DNA of 64,000 nucleotides from the NCBI GenBank assembly GCA_043825735.1, contig JBDRRP010000107.1, forward strand, positions 186,001-250,000, read 5' to 3'. A program made the position numbers and the translations under genes. Positions 10,284-19,842 of this stretch are shown piece by piece (within the stretch, counting starts at the first letter, position 1; every line of letters begins with the position of its first letter). Under the pieces are notes generated by a model. That model worked only from the letters and a program-made list of their open reading frames with translations, searched no databases and was not told the DNA's origin. The DNA comes from Pseudomonadota bacterium. Lineage in GTDB: Bacteria > Desulfobacterota > Desulfobacteria > Desulfobacterales > JBDRRP01.

Positions 10284-11419
10284 CGGCTGCTCGGGGCTTC
10301 ATAGAAGACGAAATACTTGCGTCCCAAGAAGTTGAATAGAAAAGCCATGGCTGAGGCGAGCATTTTAGCGTAGCCAGCAGTCAGACCGTGTCGGATGAGA
10401 AAGTGGGTGGCGAAGACGTCGAGAGATCCCACTATAATGACCACCAGCAGGTATACACCCCATTCCGTGAATTTTTTCCACATGGCCTGGTGCTTGAACA
10501 GGAGAATGATGCACAGCAGGTAGTTGATGACTGCGGCCAGCGAAAATGAAACCATGGCGGCCGGTTTCACTGAGATGCCGTTGTCATGCAGTATGGCAAA
10601 GGCTGCCCAGTTCAGGAGCGCCGAAAAACCGCCGATCAGCAGGTAGAGCATCAGTTGCAGGGGCAGCGGCGCATAGCGGGCATTGTACCGAACGATGCAG
10701 TACAGGGCACGAAACCCGTCCTTGGCTCCGATTTTTTTCCCTTCCTCGTAAGTCCGGCCGTGATAGGAAACGCCTATTTCATAAATTCTCAGCCGGAGAT
10801 GCGCCAGTTTGGCCACAATTTCAGGCTCGAAACCGAAACGGTTCTCCTGAATATCAATGCTTTGGATGATTTCCCGGCGGAACACCTTGTAGCAGGTTTC
10901 CATGTCTGTGAGGTTGAGGTCGGTGAACATGTTTGAAAGAAAGGTGAGAAACCGGTTCCCCAAGGAGTGCCAGAAATAGAGCACCCGATGCCGTCCGCTG
11001 CTGAGAAACCGGGATCCGATCACGGCATCCGCTTCGCCATCGATGAGGGGGCCGAGCAGGCGGATAAGGTCTCTTGGATCATACTCGAGGTCAGCGTCCT
11101 GGACCGCGACGTAATCGCCGGTGGCCTCCATAAAACCGGTGCGCAGGGCCGCGCCCTTACCCTGGTTGACCGGATGGGACAGAACCCGGACGTTGACATG
11201 CGCGTCAGCGAGCCTTCGGGCGATCGCCAGACTGCTGTCCCTGGAGCAGTCGTCGACGATGATCAGTTCCAGGTTCAGGCGTTCGTTTTCAATGTTAAGC
11301 ACCCGCTGGACGCATGATTCGAGGTAGTTTGCCTCATTGTAGCAGGGGATCACGACGCTGAGCACAGGGAGGAATTCGGGTAGTCGGGACTGCTGTTCCA
11401 TTGAGTCCATCGGGTTCAT
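10253..11419 (-). CDS. GT2 polyprenol-phosphate glycosyltransferase fused to GtrA-like flippase domain
   Basis: VVIPCYNE, VDDCS, NQGKGAA, QDADLEY, DMETCYK, FGFEPE; C-terminal 4-TM GtrA-like domain; start uncertain (11419/11410/11401). Confidence 0.85.
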   Translation of the reverse strand: MNPMDSMEQQSRLPEFLPVLSVVIPCYNEANYLESCVQRVLNIENERLNLELIIVDDCSRDSSLAIARRLADAHVNVRVLSHPVNQGKGAALRTGFMEATGDYVAVQDADLEYDPRDLIRLLGPLIDGEADAVIGSRFLSSGRHRVLYFWHSLGNRFLTFLSNMFTDLNLTDMETCYKVFRREIIQSIDIQENRFGFEPEIVAKLAHLRLRIYEIGVSYHGRTYEEGKKIGAKDGFRALYCIVRYNARYAPLPLQLMLYLLIGGFSALLNWAAFAILHDNGISVKPAAMVSFSLAAVINYLLCIILLFKHQAMWKKFTEWGVYLLVVIIVGSLDVFATHFLIRHGLTAGYAKMLASAMAFLFNFLGRKYFVFYEAPSSRWKPRRPSAP

Positions 11420-11576
11420 TGATCGTTGTTGAATGTGAGGCCGCACGATACCGACATTTCAGGTCGGCGCGGGTGGGTGGCGACGTCCCAATGGAATCGA
11501 CCCATCCCCGAAAACCTTTATAACCGGGCAACGTTAGTGATGTGTTTCGATATGATGCAGCGACGGTCATTATAGG

Positions 11577-11608
11577 CCATAGGCCTCCAGTACATCGAAG
11601 GCCTATGG
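11577..11608. terminator. Stem-loop downstream of the VPLPA-CTERM gene, possible terminator
   Basis: CCATAGGCCT-N12-AGGCCTATGG perfect 10-bp stem; no clear U-tract. Confidence 0.35.
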
Positions 11609-11663
11609 TTGCATGAGTCTTTTTTTTATAAAACGAAGGGCGGGGCGGATCGGGACAGGATGT

Positions 11664-12182
11664 TCAGGATCGCTTCCGCAGTCCGATCATGGCCAGAAGG
11701 CCCGAGCCCAGAAGCCATGCTGCGGCAGGCACCGGGACCGGGGTGGGGTAAAACGACACGCCGAAGAAAGAGGCCTTGTCGGTAGTATTGTCGGTATACA
11801 GGCTGAACCATGCCGTATCGCCAACGCCTATCGGGCTGCCATAAAACTCGAAATCCACTGCGTGTCCATCGACGGAGATCGATCCATTGCCTTTTTCGCT
11901 CGACTGAACCCCAGTGAAAAAAGCATTGGCGATCGAAATATCCTGCCACTGGAACAGTGCGAAGTGAAAATCCCCCCACGGCTCGCTGCCGGTGTTTTTG
12001 ACCGAAAGATTGATAAACCCCTTCCAGTCCGATGCATCCTCGTGCTGAATATCAACGGTAAAATCGGTTCCAACGCCGCTGATCAGAAAAGGATCGGTTA
12101 TAGTTACCGTATGGGAAAACGCCGGCGCCGGGGCAAAAAAGAAAAGCGCGCTCAACATCCATAGAAAGATCCATTTTTTCAA
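11664..12182 (-). CDS. VPLPA-CTERM (PEP-CTERM-class) exosortase substrate, 172 aa
   Basis: TTG start with AAGGAG RBS, signal peptide, C-terminal VPVPAAAWLLGSGLLAMIGLRKRS. Confidence 0.9.
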   Translation of the reverse strand: MKKWIFLWMLSALFFFAPAPAFSHTVTITDPFLISGVGTDFTVDIQHEDASDWKGFINLSVKNTGSEPWGDFHFALFQWQDISIANAFFTGVQSSEKGNGSISVDGHAVDFEFYGSPIGVGDTAWFSLYTDNTTDKASFFGVSFYPTPVPVPAAAWLLGSGLLAMIGLRKRS

Positions 12183-12415
12183 AGCGATATCTCCTTTCCA
12201 GTTGATAAAAAATAAGCCCGAATCGGTAGGCGTATCAGCCGTTGATCGATTCGGGCTTTCTGTTTCCTGCGTCAGGTCAGCAAAGTGCCCAGGATGAATT
12301 TTGTCATTTTTCATATATGGCCATCGATGATCCGTCAAGTTAGAGTTTTGTTGATCCGGTGAGTTTTCTCTTGGAGGGATCAGGGGGTGGTGATTTTGGA
12401 AAAGGGGAGAGAGAA

Positions 12416-12438
12416 TCCCCCCTTTTTCAAAGGGGGGA
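12416..12438. repeat. Intergenic palindrome TCCCCCCTTT-TTC-AAAGGGGGGA
   Basis: Perfect 10-bp inverted repeat between divergent genes. Confidence 0.6.
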
Positions 12439-12560
12439 GAGACTCTTTGTTCCAAAAGAAAACCCAGAGCTAACCGGAATCTGATTAATCGATAATCGTG
12501 CCAGAAGAACCTTCGGATACATCTTCGATCAATTTCACCCGGATATACGGTGCCAGGGCC

Positions 12561-14546
12561 ATGAAGCTAAGATGGGCAATCGCGGGAGCCTTGCTTCTCG
12601 TGTCGGGATACCAACTCCAATCGGCCTCCGCGGTCGATTACCGGGATGATATCGGATATTTTCAACTCTCGAGCGAACTCGGCGACCTAACGCCGTCAGG
12701 TGCCGGCATTCATTTTACCCACGTGGAAGCATTATCCGACAACAAGTGGATGCCCAACACAGCCGATGGCCAGTTTACGGGAAAGCAGTTTTTCGACCAA
12801 TCGACAGAGCACCCCGATGGCTACTCGGGCCATGCCAATGGCGTCGGGGGTCTGCTTTACGGCAACGCTTTATCGATAGCGAAGGGCGTCACCGAAATCG
12901 ACACTTATGTTGCCGGCCTAAACGAGAGTTATCCGGATCCATGGCCGCCCTATCCGCCGCCCTGGCAGTGGCTCCAGCGGGGATTTTTGTGGGCGGGATG
13001 GCTGGTGAACGGAAAACCTGTCCAACCCATTTACGGCATGCCTGAATACCCCAATTGCAGAAGTGCTGACAAGGCATCACCCAGTCGTTTGGCCAACCAC
13101 AGTTGGGTTGCAAGCATCAACAATTCAGATCTTCTCCGAAGAATCGATTGGGTCATCGACACGGATGAGTTCATTCAGGTGGTGGCGAGCCACACGTCGT
13201 CGGCACTGATGTCGGCGGCGTTCAATGTGATCGCCGTTGGCAGGACTTCCGGAGAGGCCGCCACCGGCACGCCGGCGCTGGATGCCGATTATCCGGCAGG
13301 TAGAACGCGACCTCATCTGGTGGCGCCTCAATCAACACTGAGTTCGGCGACGCCGATAGTTGCGTCTGCCGGTGCCATACTGCTGGAAACCGGGCGGCGG
13401 CCGGAACTATCCACCGATCCAGCCGTCAGCAGCACCACCAACCGCGACGGAGACATCATCTGGAACGCTGAGCGCTCGGAGGTGATCAAGGCAGCGCTGA
13501 TGGCCGGCGCTGACCGGTACACGGCCAATGAAATCACCACCGACGAAATCACCGCCTACCGGCAGCAGACCGGCGACCAGTCCGACAACGGGCTGGATCT
13601 TCGCTACGGCGCCGGCCAGGTGAATACCTATAACAGCTATCACATCCTGGCCGCCGGGGAGCAGAACGCAGCCGCGGAGGGTACCTGCGCCCCGGTCGGC
13701 TGGCGGGGCTTCGACTACCAGCCGTCATTCGGGATTTCGGGCGGGCAGCCCCAAACGGCCTGTTACGCGTTCACCACGGATGCCGCTCACAGCCGGCTGG
13801 CCGCCGCCTTGGTCTGGAACCTCAAGATCGACGGCGGGACATGCGCCAATTTCAACAGCAGTGCAATCTTTTTCGATTTCAATCTTTCCCTGGATGACGT
13901 CACCGACCCCGAAAACCCCATCCCCTTGGCGGTTTCCGACAGCTCAAACGAGAATACCGAAAACCTCTGGATCGCCCTGCCCGCCGGCAGACAGTACCGG
14001 ATTTCGGTTTCCGCCGCGCCCGGACAGGGGGAATTTCAGTGGGATTATGCCCTGGCCTGGCAGGTGATCGCCGACGGAGACCGGGACACAATGCCCGATG
14101 GGTGGGAACTCACCCACGGGCTGAACCCCGATGACCCGGCGGACGCCGTCCTCGATCCGGATCAAGACGATCTCGCCAACGCGCAGGAATTCATCACCGG
14201 AACCGATCCCAATGAAGCAGATTCAGATTCAGACGGCGTGCTCGATGGCGCCGAGAAGACTTTTTGGGTGGACCATTTCGGCACCTGGCTGGACGATTAC
14301 GACGGAGACGGCCAGGCCAACAACCTACTGGACGCCGATGCGGATGGCGATGGCGCGTTGGATGGGGTGGAAATCCTCCAGGGAACGGACCCGTCAGACC
14401 CTTTGGATTCTCCGGCCGCCATTGCGGTGCCTGCACTCGGGCCGATCGGCTTGATGGCTGCCGCATTTCTTTTGGCAGGGCTTGTCAGATCGATCCACCT
14501 TAGGATTCCGTCATCCCGTATCAGCATCAACTGCCGCCTTGGATGA
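12561..14546 (+). CDS. Secreted subtilase (S8)-like protein with Ca-binding DxDxDG repeats and C-terminal sorting-like TM tail
   Basis: Signal peptide MKLRWAIAG...ASA; HANGVG (His) and LSSATPIVA (Ser) motifs; IKAALMAGA and YGAGQVN; DGDRDTMPDGWE-type repeats; VPALGPIGLMAAAFLLAGL tail. Confidence 0.7.
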   Translation: MKLRWAIAGALLLVSGYQLQSASAVDYRDDIGYFQLSSELGDLTPSGAGIHFTHVEALSDNKWMPNTADGQFTGKQFFDQSTEHPDGYSGHANGVGGLLYGNALSIAKGVTEIDTYVAGLNESYPDPWPPYPPPWQWLQRGFLWAGWLVNGKPVQPIYGMPEYPNCRSADKASPSRLANHSWVASINNSDLLRRIDWVIDTDEFIQVVASHTSSALMSAAFNVIAVGRTSGEAATGTPALDADYPAGRTRPHLVAPQSTLSSATPIVASAGAILLETGRRPELSTDPAVSSTTNRDGDIIWNAERSEVIKAALMAGADRYTANEITTDEITAYRQQTGDQSDNGLDLRYGAGQVNTYNSYHILAAGEQNAAAEGTCAPVGWRGFDYQPSFGISGGQPQTACYAFTTDAAHSRLAAALVWNLKIDGGTCANFNSSAIFFDFNLSLDDVTDPENPIPLAVSDSSNENTENLWIALPAGRQYRISVSAAPGQGEFQWDYALAWQVIADGDRDTMPDGWELTHGLNPDDPADAVLDPDQDDLANAQEFITGTDPNEADSDSDGVLDGAEKTFWVDHFGTWLDDYDGDGQANNLLDADADGDGALDGVEILQGTDPSDPLDSPAAIAVPALGPIGLMAAAFLLAGLVRSIHLRIPSSRISINCRLG

Positions 14547-15011
14547 CATTGCACCCCCTGAATATCGATTGCCCCCGGGCGATTTGACAGGAAGACCGGA
14601 GGCAATACGCATGGTCCATGTCCTGGCGGGCCTGATCTCCAATTTGTAGCCGGCCGTTCGTTATCATAAGCACTCGTCATCGGCGATCTGGACCCGCAAT
14701 TGCACCGGGCATTGCGCCAACTGCGGATAAGTCGCTTCTCGCGTATGCAATTAACCGCCGGCTAACCCGTTTTAAATTTTCTTCGTCTACTGAATAGCAT
14801 TCCAACAGGCGATGGCTTTGTCGTTATGGCGCAGGCCGAACGGCGAGCACCGTCAGCGGCCGGTCGGAATATATAAAAATACAATGTTAACGAGATGTTG
14901 AACACGATGAGACCGTGTATGTCAAGGGGCGGAGCTGTAGCGTTTCATCCAAATCGGACGACAGCGCAAGCACGCTGATGAAGATATCCACCATCGCGCA
15001 GAGGGGCTGTG

Positions 15012-16019
15012 ATGAGTTTTAGAAACAAAGCAAACGTACTGGTGGCGGGCGGTGCCGGGTACATCGGTTCCCATGTGGTGCTCGAATTGGTCAAGCAGGG
15101 CTACGGCGTCGTCGTGCTGGACAACCTGTCAACCGGTCACCGTGAACTGACTCCCGGCGGCGCGTTCATCCACGGGGATATCGGCGACGCGAACCTGCTG
15201 GATGCCGTTTTCATGGAGAGAAAGATCGACGCGGTGATGCACTTCGCGGCAAAAAGCCTGGTGGGTGAATCCGTCGCGGAGCCGCTGGCGTATTACCGCA
15301 ACAACCTGGCATGCACCGTCTCACTGCTGGAAGTGATGGTCGACCACAGGGTCCGGCACTTTATCTTTTCATCGTCGGCGGCAGTCTACGGCGAGCCGCT
15401 CTCAACACCGATCCCTGAAGACCATCCCCGGCGGCCGGTCAACCCTTACGGGGCAACCAAGCATGCCGTGGAATTGGTTCTGGCGGACAGCCAACTGGCC
15501 TATGGATTGACGTTTGCGTGCCTGCGTTACTTCAACGCGGCCGGCGCCGACGAATCGGGCACCATCGGCGAGCGCCACAACCCGGAATCCCACCTGATCC
15601 CGCTGGTGATGAAGGTCGCCACCGGCGAGCGCGGATGCATCCAGGTGTTCGGCACGGACTACCCCACGGCCGACGGCACCTGCATCCGCGATTACGTGCA
15701 TGTGTCGGATCTGGCCAAGGCACATACCATATGCCTTGAAAGGCTCCTGAACGGCGGCAAAAGCATGATCTACAATCTCGGCAGCAGCAGGGGGTATTCG
15801 GTGAGAGAAGTCATCGAAACGGCCAGGCGGGTCACGGGTCACCCGATTCCTGTGGTCGGGGCAGACCGCCGGCCAGGCGACCCGGCGATTCTTGTCGCCG
15901 ATTCGGCTTTGATACGGAAAGAGCTGGCATGGAAGGCGGCCTATGGCGATCTCGAAACCATAATCGAGACCGCCTGGAAATGGCACCGATCAGATAAACG
16001 GTCTCTTAGGGCGGCATAA
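15012..16019 (+). CDS. galE: UDP-glucose 4-epimerase
   Basis: GGAGYIGSH, FSSSAAVYG, YGATK, LRYFNAAGA, DGTCIRDYVHV. Confidence 0.92.
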   Translation: MSFRNKANVLVAGGAGYIGSHVVLELVKQGYGVVVLDNLSTGHRELTPGGAFIHGDIGDANLLDAVFMERKIDAVMHFAAKSLVGESVAEPLAYYRNNLACTVSLLEVMVDHRVRHFIFSSSAAVYGEPLSTPIPEDHPRRPVNPYGATKHAVELVLADSQLAYGLTFACLRYFNAAGADESGTIGERHNPESHLIPLVMKVATGERGCIQVFGTDYPTADGTCIRDYVHVSDLAKAHTICLERLLNGGKSMIYNLGSSRGYSVREVIETARRVTGHPIPVVGADRRPGDPAILVADSALIRKELAWKAAYGDLETIIETAWKWHRSDKRSLRAA

Positions 16020-16040
16020 ATCGCTTATCGGGAAATCTAA

Positions 16041-17366
16041 ATGAAATCGCGGCCGCCGATAGGTTTGGATAGCGAAATGGATCGCAGAGATCCGCCCTCA
16101 CTTGCATTATGCGGCGGTATCGATCACCGGTTATGCATGGGATGCGGTATCTGTGCCGGCGTGTGCCCGCGTGAGGCGTTGCTTATGAATTTAGACGAAC
16201 GTCTCGGAGCATATCTTCCCGTTTACATATCGGACCGGTGCAACGGATGCGGGATCTGCAGGAAAGCATGCCCAGGATATGAAACGGACCTGGGCGGCGC
16301 CTGTAAATCTTTATGGGGCGAAAAACCCGAAGATCCGAGAGTCGGTCAGTTTCGCAGCGCGGTCATCGCATACTCTAACAACGATACCATTCGATACAAC
16401 GGCTCCTCCGGAGGTATGGTGACCGGCCTGTTAATTCACGCTCTTGAAGCCGGGATGATCAACGGCGCCTTGGTGACCCGCATGCGTGAAGATATCCCAT
16501 GGATGACAGAAGCGTTCATCGCGCATCACCCGGAAGAAATCCTGAGCGGCGTCGGTTCGAAGTATTGTCCGGTTTCCATGGATTCTGCAATACGACAGAT
16601 GATTCATTGTGACGGAAAATATGCGGTCGTGGGCTTGCCTTGCCATATATATGGAATTCGTAAAGCACAGGCTCTGGTTAAGTCGCTGCGTGAAAGGGTG
16701 GTATTCACATTCGGCCTGTTTTGCGCAACTGGCAGAAGCTACAAGGGGACGGAGGCATTTCTGCTGCAAGCGGGAATTCGCAGTAAGACTCTCAAATCAA
16801 TACGATACCGTGGTGCCGGATGGCCTGGAGTGACCAAAGTCGTGGATCTGTCCGGTCGATCAGTAAGGTGCAGCGTCGAAACGGCGTATCCATTCATGTG
16901 TTTTAACGACATACCCCGCTGTGCTGTTTGTCCGGACAAAACATCTGAACTGGCGGACATTTCCTTCGGAGATCTATGGCTTGGAGATGAAAGGCCGAAT
17001 ATGGGCACAGGGAAATCGGTTTGCCTTGTTCGCAGTCAACAAGGTGCCGTCTTGTTCGAACACGCCCAAGCAGCGCACTGCATTGCCGCCGTTGACCTGG
17101 ATCCATCACGTACCATAGAAGCTGTAGACAATGAAAACAAGAAAAGACGCGCCGCCGCAAGAATTGCCATCTTAAAATGGCTTGGCAGACCGGTCCCGGT
17201 TATAGCGAATGCGATTCGAGAGCCAATTCCCGTAGCGGATTTGATCCTGGGTTTGCAGTATTTTATCCTTCAGCGGGCCTGCCGTTACGCGTTTTTGCGT
17301 AGCATCTATTTTTTTGTGAGGCCGAATTATCGGAAACTGCGGGCGAAGATGTTAGAAAAAACCTGA
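16041..17366 (+). CDS. FrhB/FdhB-like (F420 hydrogenase beta subunit family) Fe-S protein
   Basis: Two ferredoxin motifs (CMGCGICAGVCP, CNGCGICRKACP), SSGG, GSKY, VGLPC, GLFC, ADISFGD. Confidence 0.85.
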   Translation: MKSRPPIGLDSEMDRRDPPSLALCGGIDHRLCMGCGICAGVCPREALLMNLDERLGAYLPVYISDRCNGCGICRKACPGYETDLGGACKSLWGEKPEDPRVGQFRSAVIAYSNNDTIRYNGSSGGMVTGLLIHALEAGMINGALVTRMREDIPWMTEAFIAHHPEEILSGVGSKYCPVSMDSAIRQMIHCDGKYAVVGLPCHIYGIRKAQALVKSLRERVVFTFGLFCATGRSYKGTEAFLLQAGIRSKTLKSIRYRGAGWPGVTKVVDLSGRSVRCSVETAYPFMCFNDIPRCAVCPDKTSELADISFGDLWLGDERPNMGTGKSVCLVRSQQGAVLFEHAQAAHCIAAVDLDPSRTIEAVDNENKKRRAAARIAILKWLGRPVPVIANAIREPIPVADLILGLQYFILQRACRYAFLRSIYFFVRPNYRKLRAKMLEKT

Positions 17367-17388
17367 ATGTCCATAATCGCGGGAATTA

Positions 17389-18375
17389 TTGAAACCAATG
17401 ACGAGTAATGTCTTGATTACCGGCGGTGCCGGATTCATCGGATCTCACTTGACCGAATCCCTTCTGATCAAAGGTTGCACTGTGACCGTTCTGGACAACC
17501 TTAGTACCGGAAGCCTTCTGAATCTTGCCGATGCCAGAGACCGCATCCGGTTTGTCGAAGGAGACATCACGCGCCTCTCTGACATAGAAACAGCGATCAC
17601 CGGTTGTGATACTCTGGTTCACCTGGCTGCTACGGTATTGGTACCAGAGACCATCGACGACCCTGTAGGCTCAGCCTTGGTCAATGAGATCGGCGCCCTA
17701 AACATGCTTGAGGCTGCCAGAAAAAGCGGCTGTCGGCGGATCGTTCTGGCAAGCTCGGCTGCCGTTTATGGCAACAGTCAAAACCAGTCCAAAAATGAGA
17801 ATATGGTCTTCGATCCGCAGAGTCCCTATGCGGTGCAAAAGCTGGCGATGGAGCATTACGCCAGCGTGTATCATTCCATTTACGGTCTTGAAACCGTTTG
17901 TCTGCGCTTTTTCAATGTATACGGTCCACGACAGGATCCATCTTCGCAGTACTCGGGGGTTATATCCATTTTCCTGGAAAAAGCTTGCAGGCGACTGGCG
18001 CCGGTGATCTTCGGAGACGGGCTGCAGACACGGGATTTTATCTATGTCGGAGACGTGGTCGATGCGTGCCGTTCAGCCATGACTGCCAGCGGCGTTGCAG
18101 GGCAGGTATTTAATATCGGTACTGGCCGGCCGATTGCGATCAACAGCTTGTGGGATGCCATTTCCATCATCGCTGAGGTGCCCTTACGGCCCGAGATCGC
18201 ATCCGAACGCTCCGGTGATATCAGACACTCCGTCGCCGATATCAAACGGGCCACCCATTTGCTCGGTTTCAGCCCAACGGTATCACTCGAAGATGGGCTA
18301 AGAATGACCTTAGAATGGTACAAAGGACAGATGAAAAATCGCTGGTGGCATAAGGTAGCGGCCATGGAATTGTAA
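17389..18375 (+). CDS. NAD-dependent nucleotide-sugar epimerase/dehydratase (SDR)
   Basis: TGGAGFIGSH, ASSAAVYG, YAVQK, LRFFNVYGPRQDP. Confidence 0.9.
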   Translation: MKPMTSNVLITGGAGFIGSHLTESLLIKGCTVTVLDNLSTGSLLNLADARDRIRFVEGDITRLSDIETAITGCDTLVHLAATVLVPETIDDPVGSALVNEIGALNMLEAARKSGCRRIVLASSAAVYGNSQNQSKNENMVFDPQSPYAVQKLAMEHYASVYHSIYGLETVCLRFFNVYGPRQDPSSQYSGVISIFLEKACRRLAPVIFGDGLQTRDFIYVGDVVDACRSAMTASGVAGQVFNIGTGRPIAINSLWDAISIIAEVPLRPEIASERSGDIRHSVADIKRATHLLGFSPTVSLEDGLRMTLEWYKGQMKNRWWHKVAAMEL

Positions 18376-18510
18376 ATTTGGGTGCACCAAAAAGTCAATC
18401 GAAGTCAGTAATAGTCGCAGCCTTGGTCCATCCGAAGGCTGCCATCCGAACAGGTAAAAACCGCTGGGGGAGGTATGCAAAGATCGTAATTTTCGCACAG
18501 CGGATTAGCA

Positions 18511-19842
18511 ATGTATAGACGTGTTTTTAAAACAGCGCCTAATACCCGAAAGAGCCAGATCGATTTTATCTTGGTCATCTTCGGGACCGCTGCCGGCCGT
18601 GCGGTAGCGTTTCTGAATGCCATCTTCATCGCCCGTGTTCTGGGACCTGAAGCATTCGGTGTATTCGCCTTTTTTTTTGCGGTCATGATGCTAACCTTGA
18701 TCATTCTATCTTCATTCGACACGGCCTATATCCGGCATGCCGCACTGGTAATCCATGAACGGGAAGGTCGGCAATACCTCTCGAGTAATCTGATTGCGAA
18801 AACTGCCATAGGGGCCTTTTGTCTCCTTTGTGTCCTGGCTGTTGATGCAAGTGTTCCGACACTGATATTCGGGAAGGATTATGCTCGCCGCCTGCTGGCG
18901 GCAGGTGTCGGGGCCGGGATATTTCTTAACTTCATCATGACACAGGCCACTCTTTACCGGGCAAAGGCGAAGTTCCATCTGTTTGCCATAGCCACGAACG
19001 TACATACGGTGCTTGTATTTATAGTGACCATCGGTTTGTGGTTGGCATTGAAGCAGTTCACCGTCGAGGCGGTTATCACGGGTTATATGGTTTCCTCGAT
19101 CACGGCCGGAACCGTTGCGCTCATCATGATCTTTATGGTTTCGCGTCCCTGTCTGCCTGCGATTACACTATTTTGGTCTTTTCTGTCCTGGGGGAAATGG
19201 ATGTTTCTGCTATCGTTCGTGGTTGCCGTGTTCGACCGTGTAGATTTCTTTTTTCTGACAAAGTACCTGCATCCCGGTGACATCGGCGTCTATGCCGCAG
19301 GTGCGCAGCTCATATCAATTATCTACCTGTCCACCGGGGCTTTGAACAATGTGTTTGTACCCAAAGCCGTGGTCGCGCTCTCGTCCCGAAGCGACTTGAA
19401 CTGCTATATCAAGGATTCTTTGACGCCGATACTTTTGGTGATGGCGATCGCCGCAATGCTGATCGCATCGGCGCCGTACCTGATAAACGGTTTTTACGGT
19501 AGCCAGTATGCCGCCGCCATTCCAGTCGTGAGAATCATTTCTTTCGGCTGGCTTGGCGCGTCCGTTTACCTGCCGTTCTCGTTTATCTTCTATGCACTGG
19601 ATGAACCGCACACACGGTTTTATCTGGAGCTGACCAAACTGATACTGGGGGGCTCGCTGCTATCGGTCTTGGTGCCTCGCTATGGTATGACAGGTGCCGC
19701 GCTGTCTATCGCACTCGCTCTTTTGATCAATGCTATCGTTTCCGGTCTGATCCTGTGGCGCAAATTAATAAGAAAAAGCCTGTTCGGAGAAGCGGCCGAA
19801 ACAACTGGGAACCTGTTGCCGGCGAGGAGCAACCGTGATTAA
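18511..19842 (+). CDS. wzx: Wzx-type oligosaccharide flippase
   Basis: ARVLGPEAFG, IGVYAAG, YGMTGAA; about 12 TM helices; polysaccharide locus context. Confidence 0.8.
   Translation: MYRRVFKTAPNTRKSQIDFILVIFGTAAGRAVAFLNAIFIARVLGPEAFGVFAFFFAVMMLTLIILSSFDTAYIRHAALVIHEREGRQYLSSNLIAKTAIGAFCLLCVLAVDASVPTLIFGKDYARRLLAAGVGAGIFLNFIMTQATLYRAKAKFHLFAIATNVHTVLVFIVTIGLWLALKQFTVEAVITGYMVSSITAGTVALIMIFMVSRPCLPAITLFWSFLSWGKWMFLLSFVVAVFDRVDFFFLTKYLHPGDIGVYAAGAQLISIIYLSTGALNNVFVPKAVVALSSRSDLNCYIKDSLTPILLVMAIAAMLIASAPYLINGFYGSQYAAAIPVVRIISFGWLGASVYLPFSFIFYALDEPHTRFYLELTKLILGGSLLSVLVPRYGMTGAALSIALALLINAIVSGLILWRKLIRKSLFGEAAETTGNLLPARSNRD

Noticed and set aside
12183..12455. N-terminal 91 aa of the 263-aa ORF
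   Set aside because: Runs through palindromic intergenic DNA; strong RBS and signal peptide place the start at TTG 12182
14922..14943. ops/JUMPstart-like sequence (AGGGGCGGAGCTGTAGCGT) upstream of galE
   Set aside because: The core GGCGGTAG is interrupted by extra bases, and no RfaH-like gene is seen
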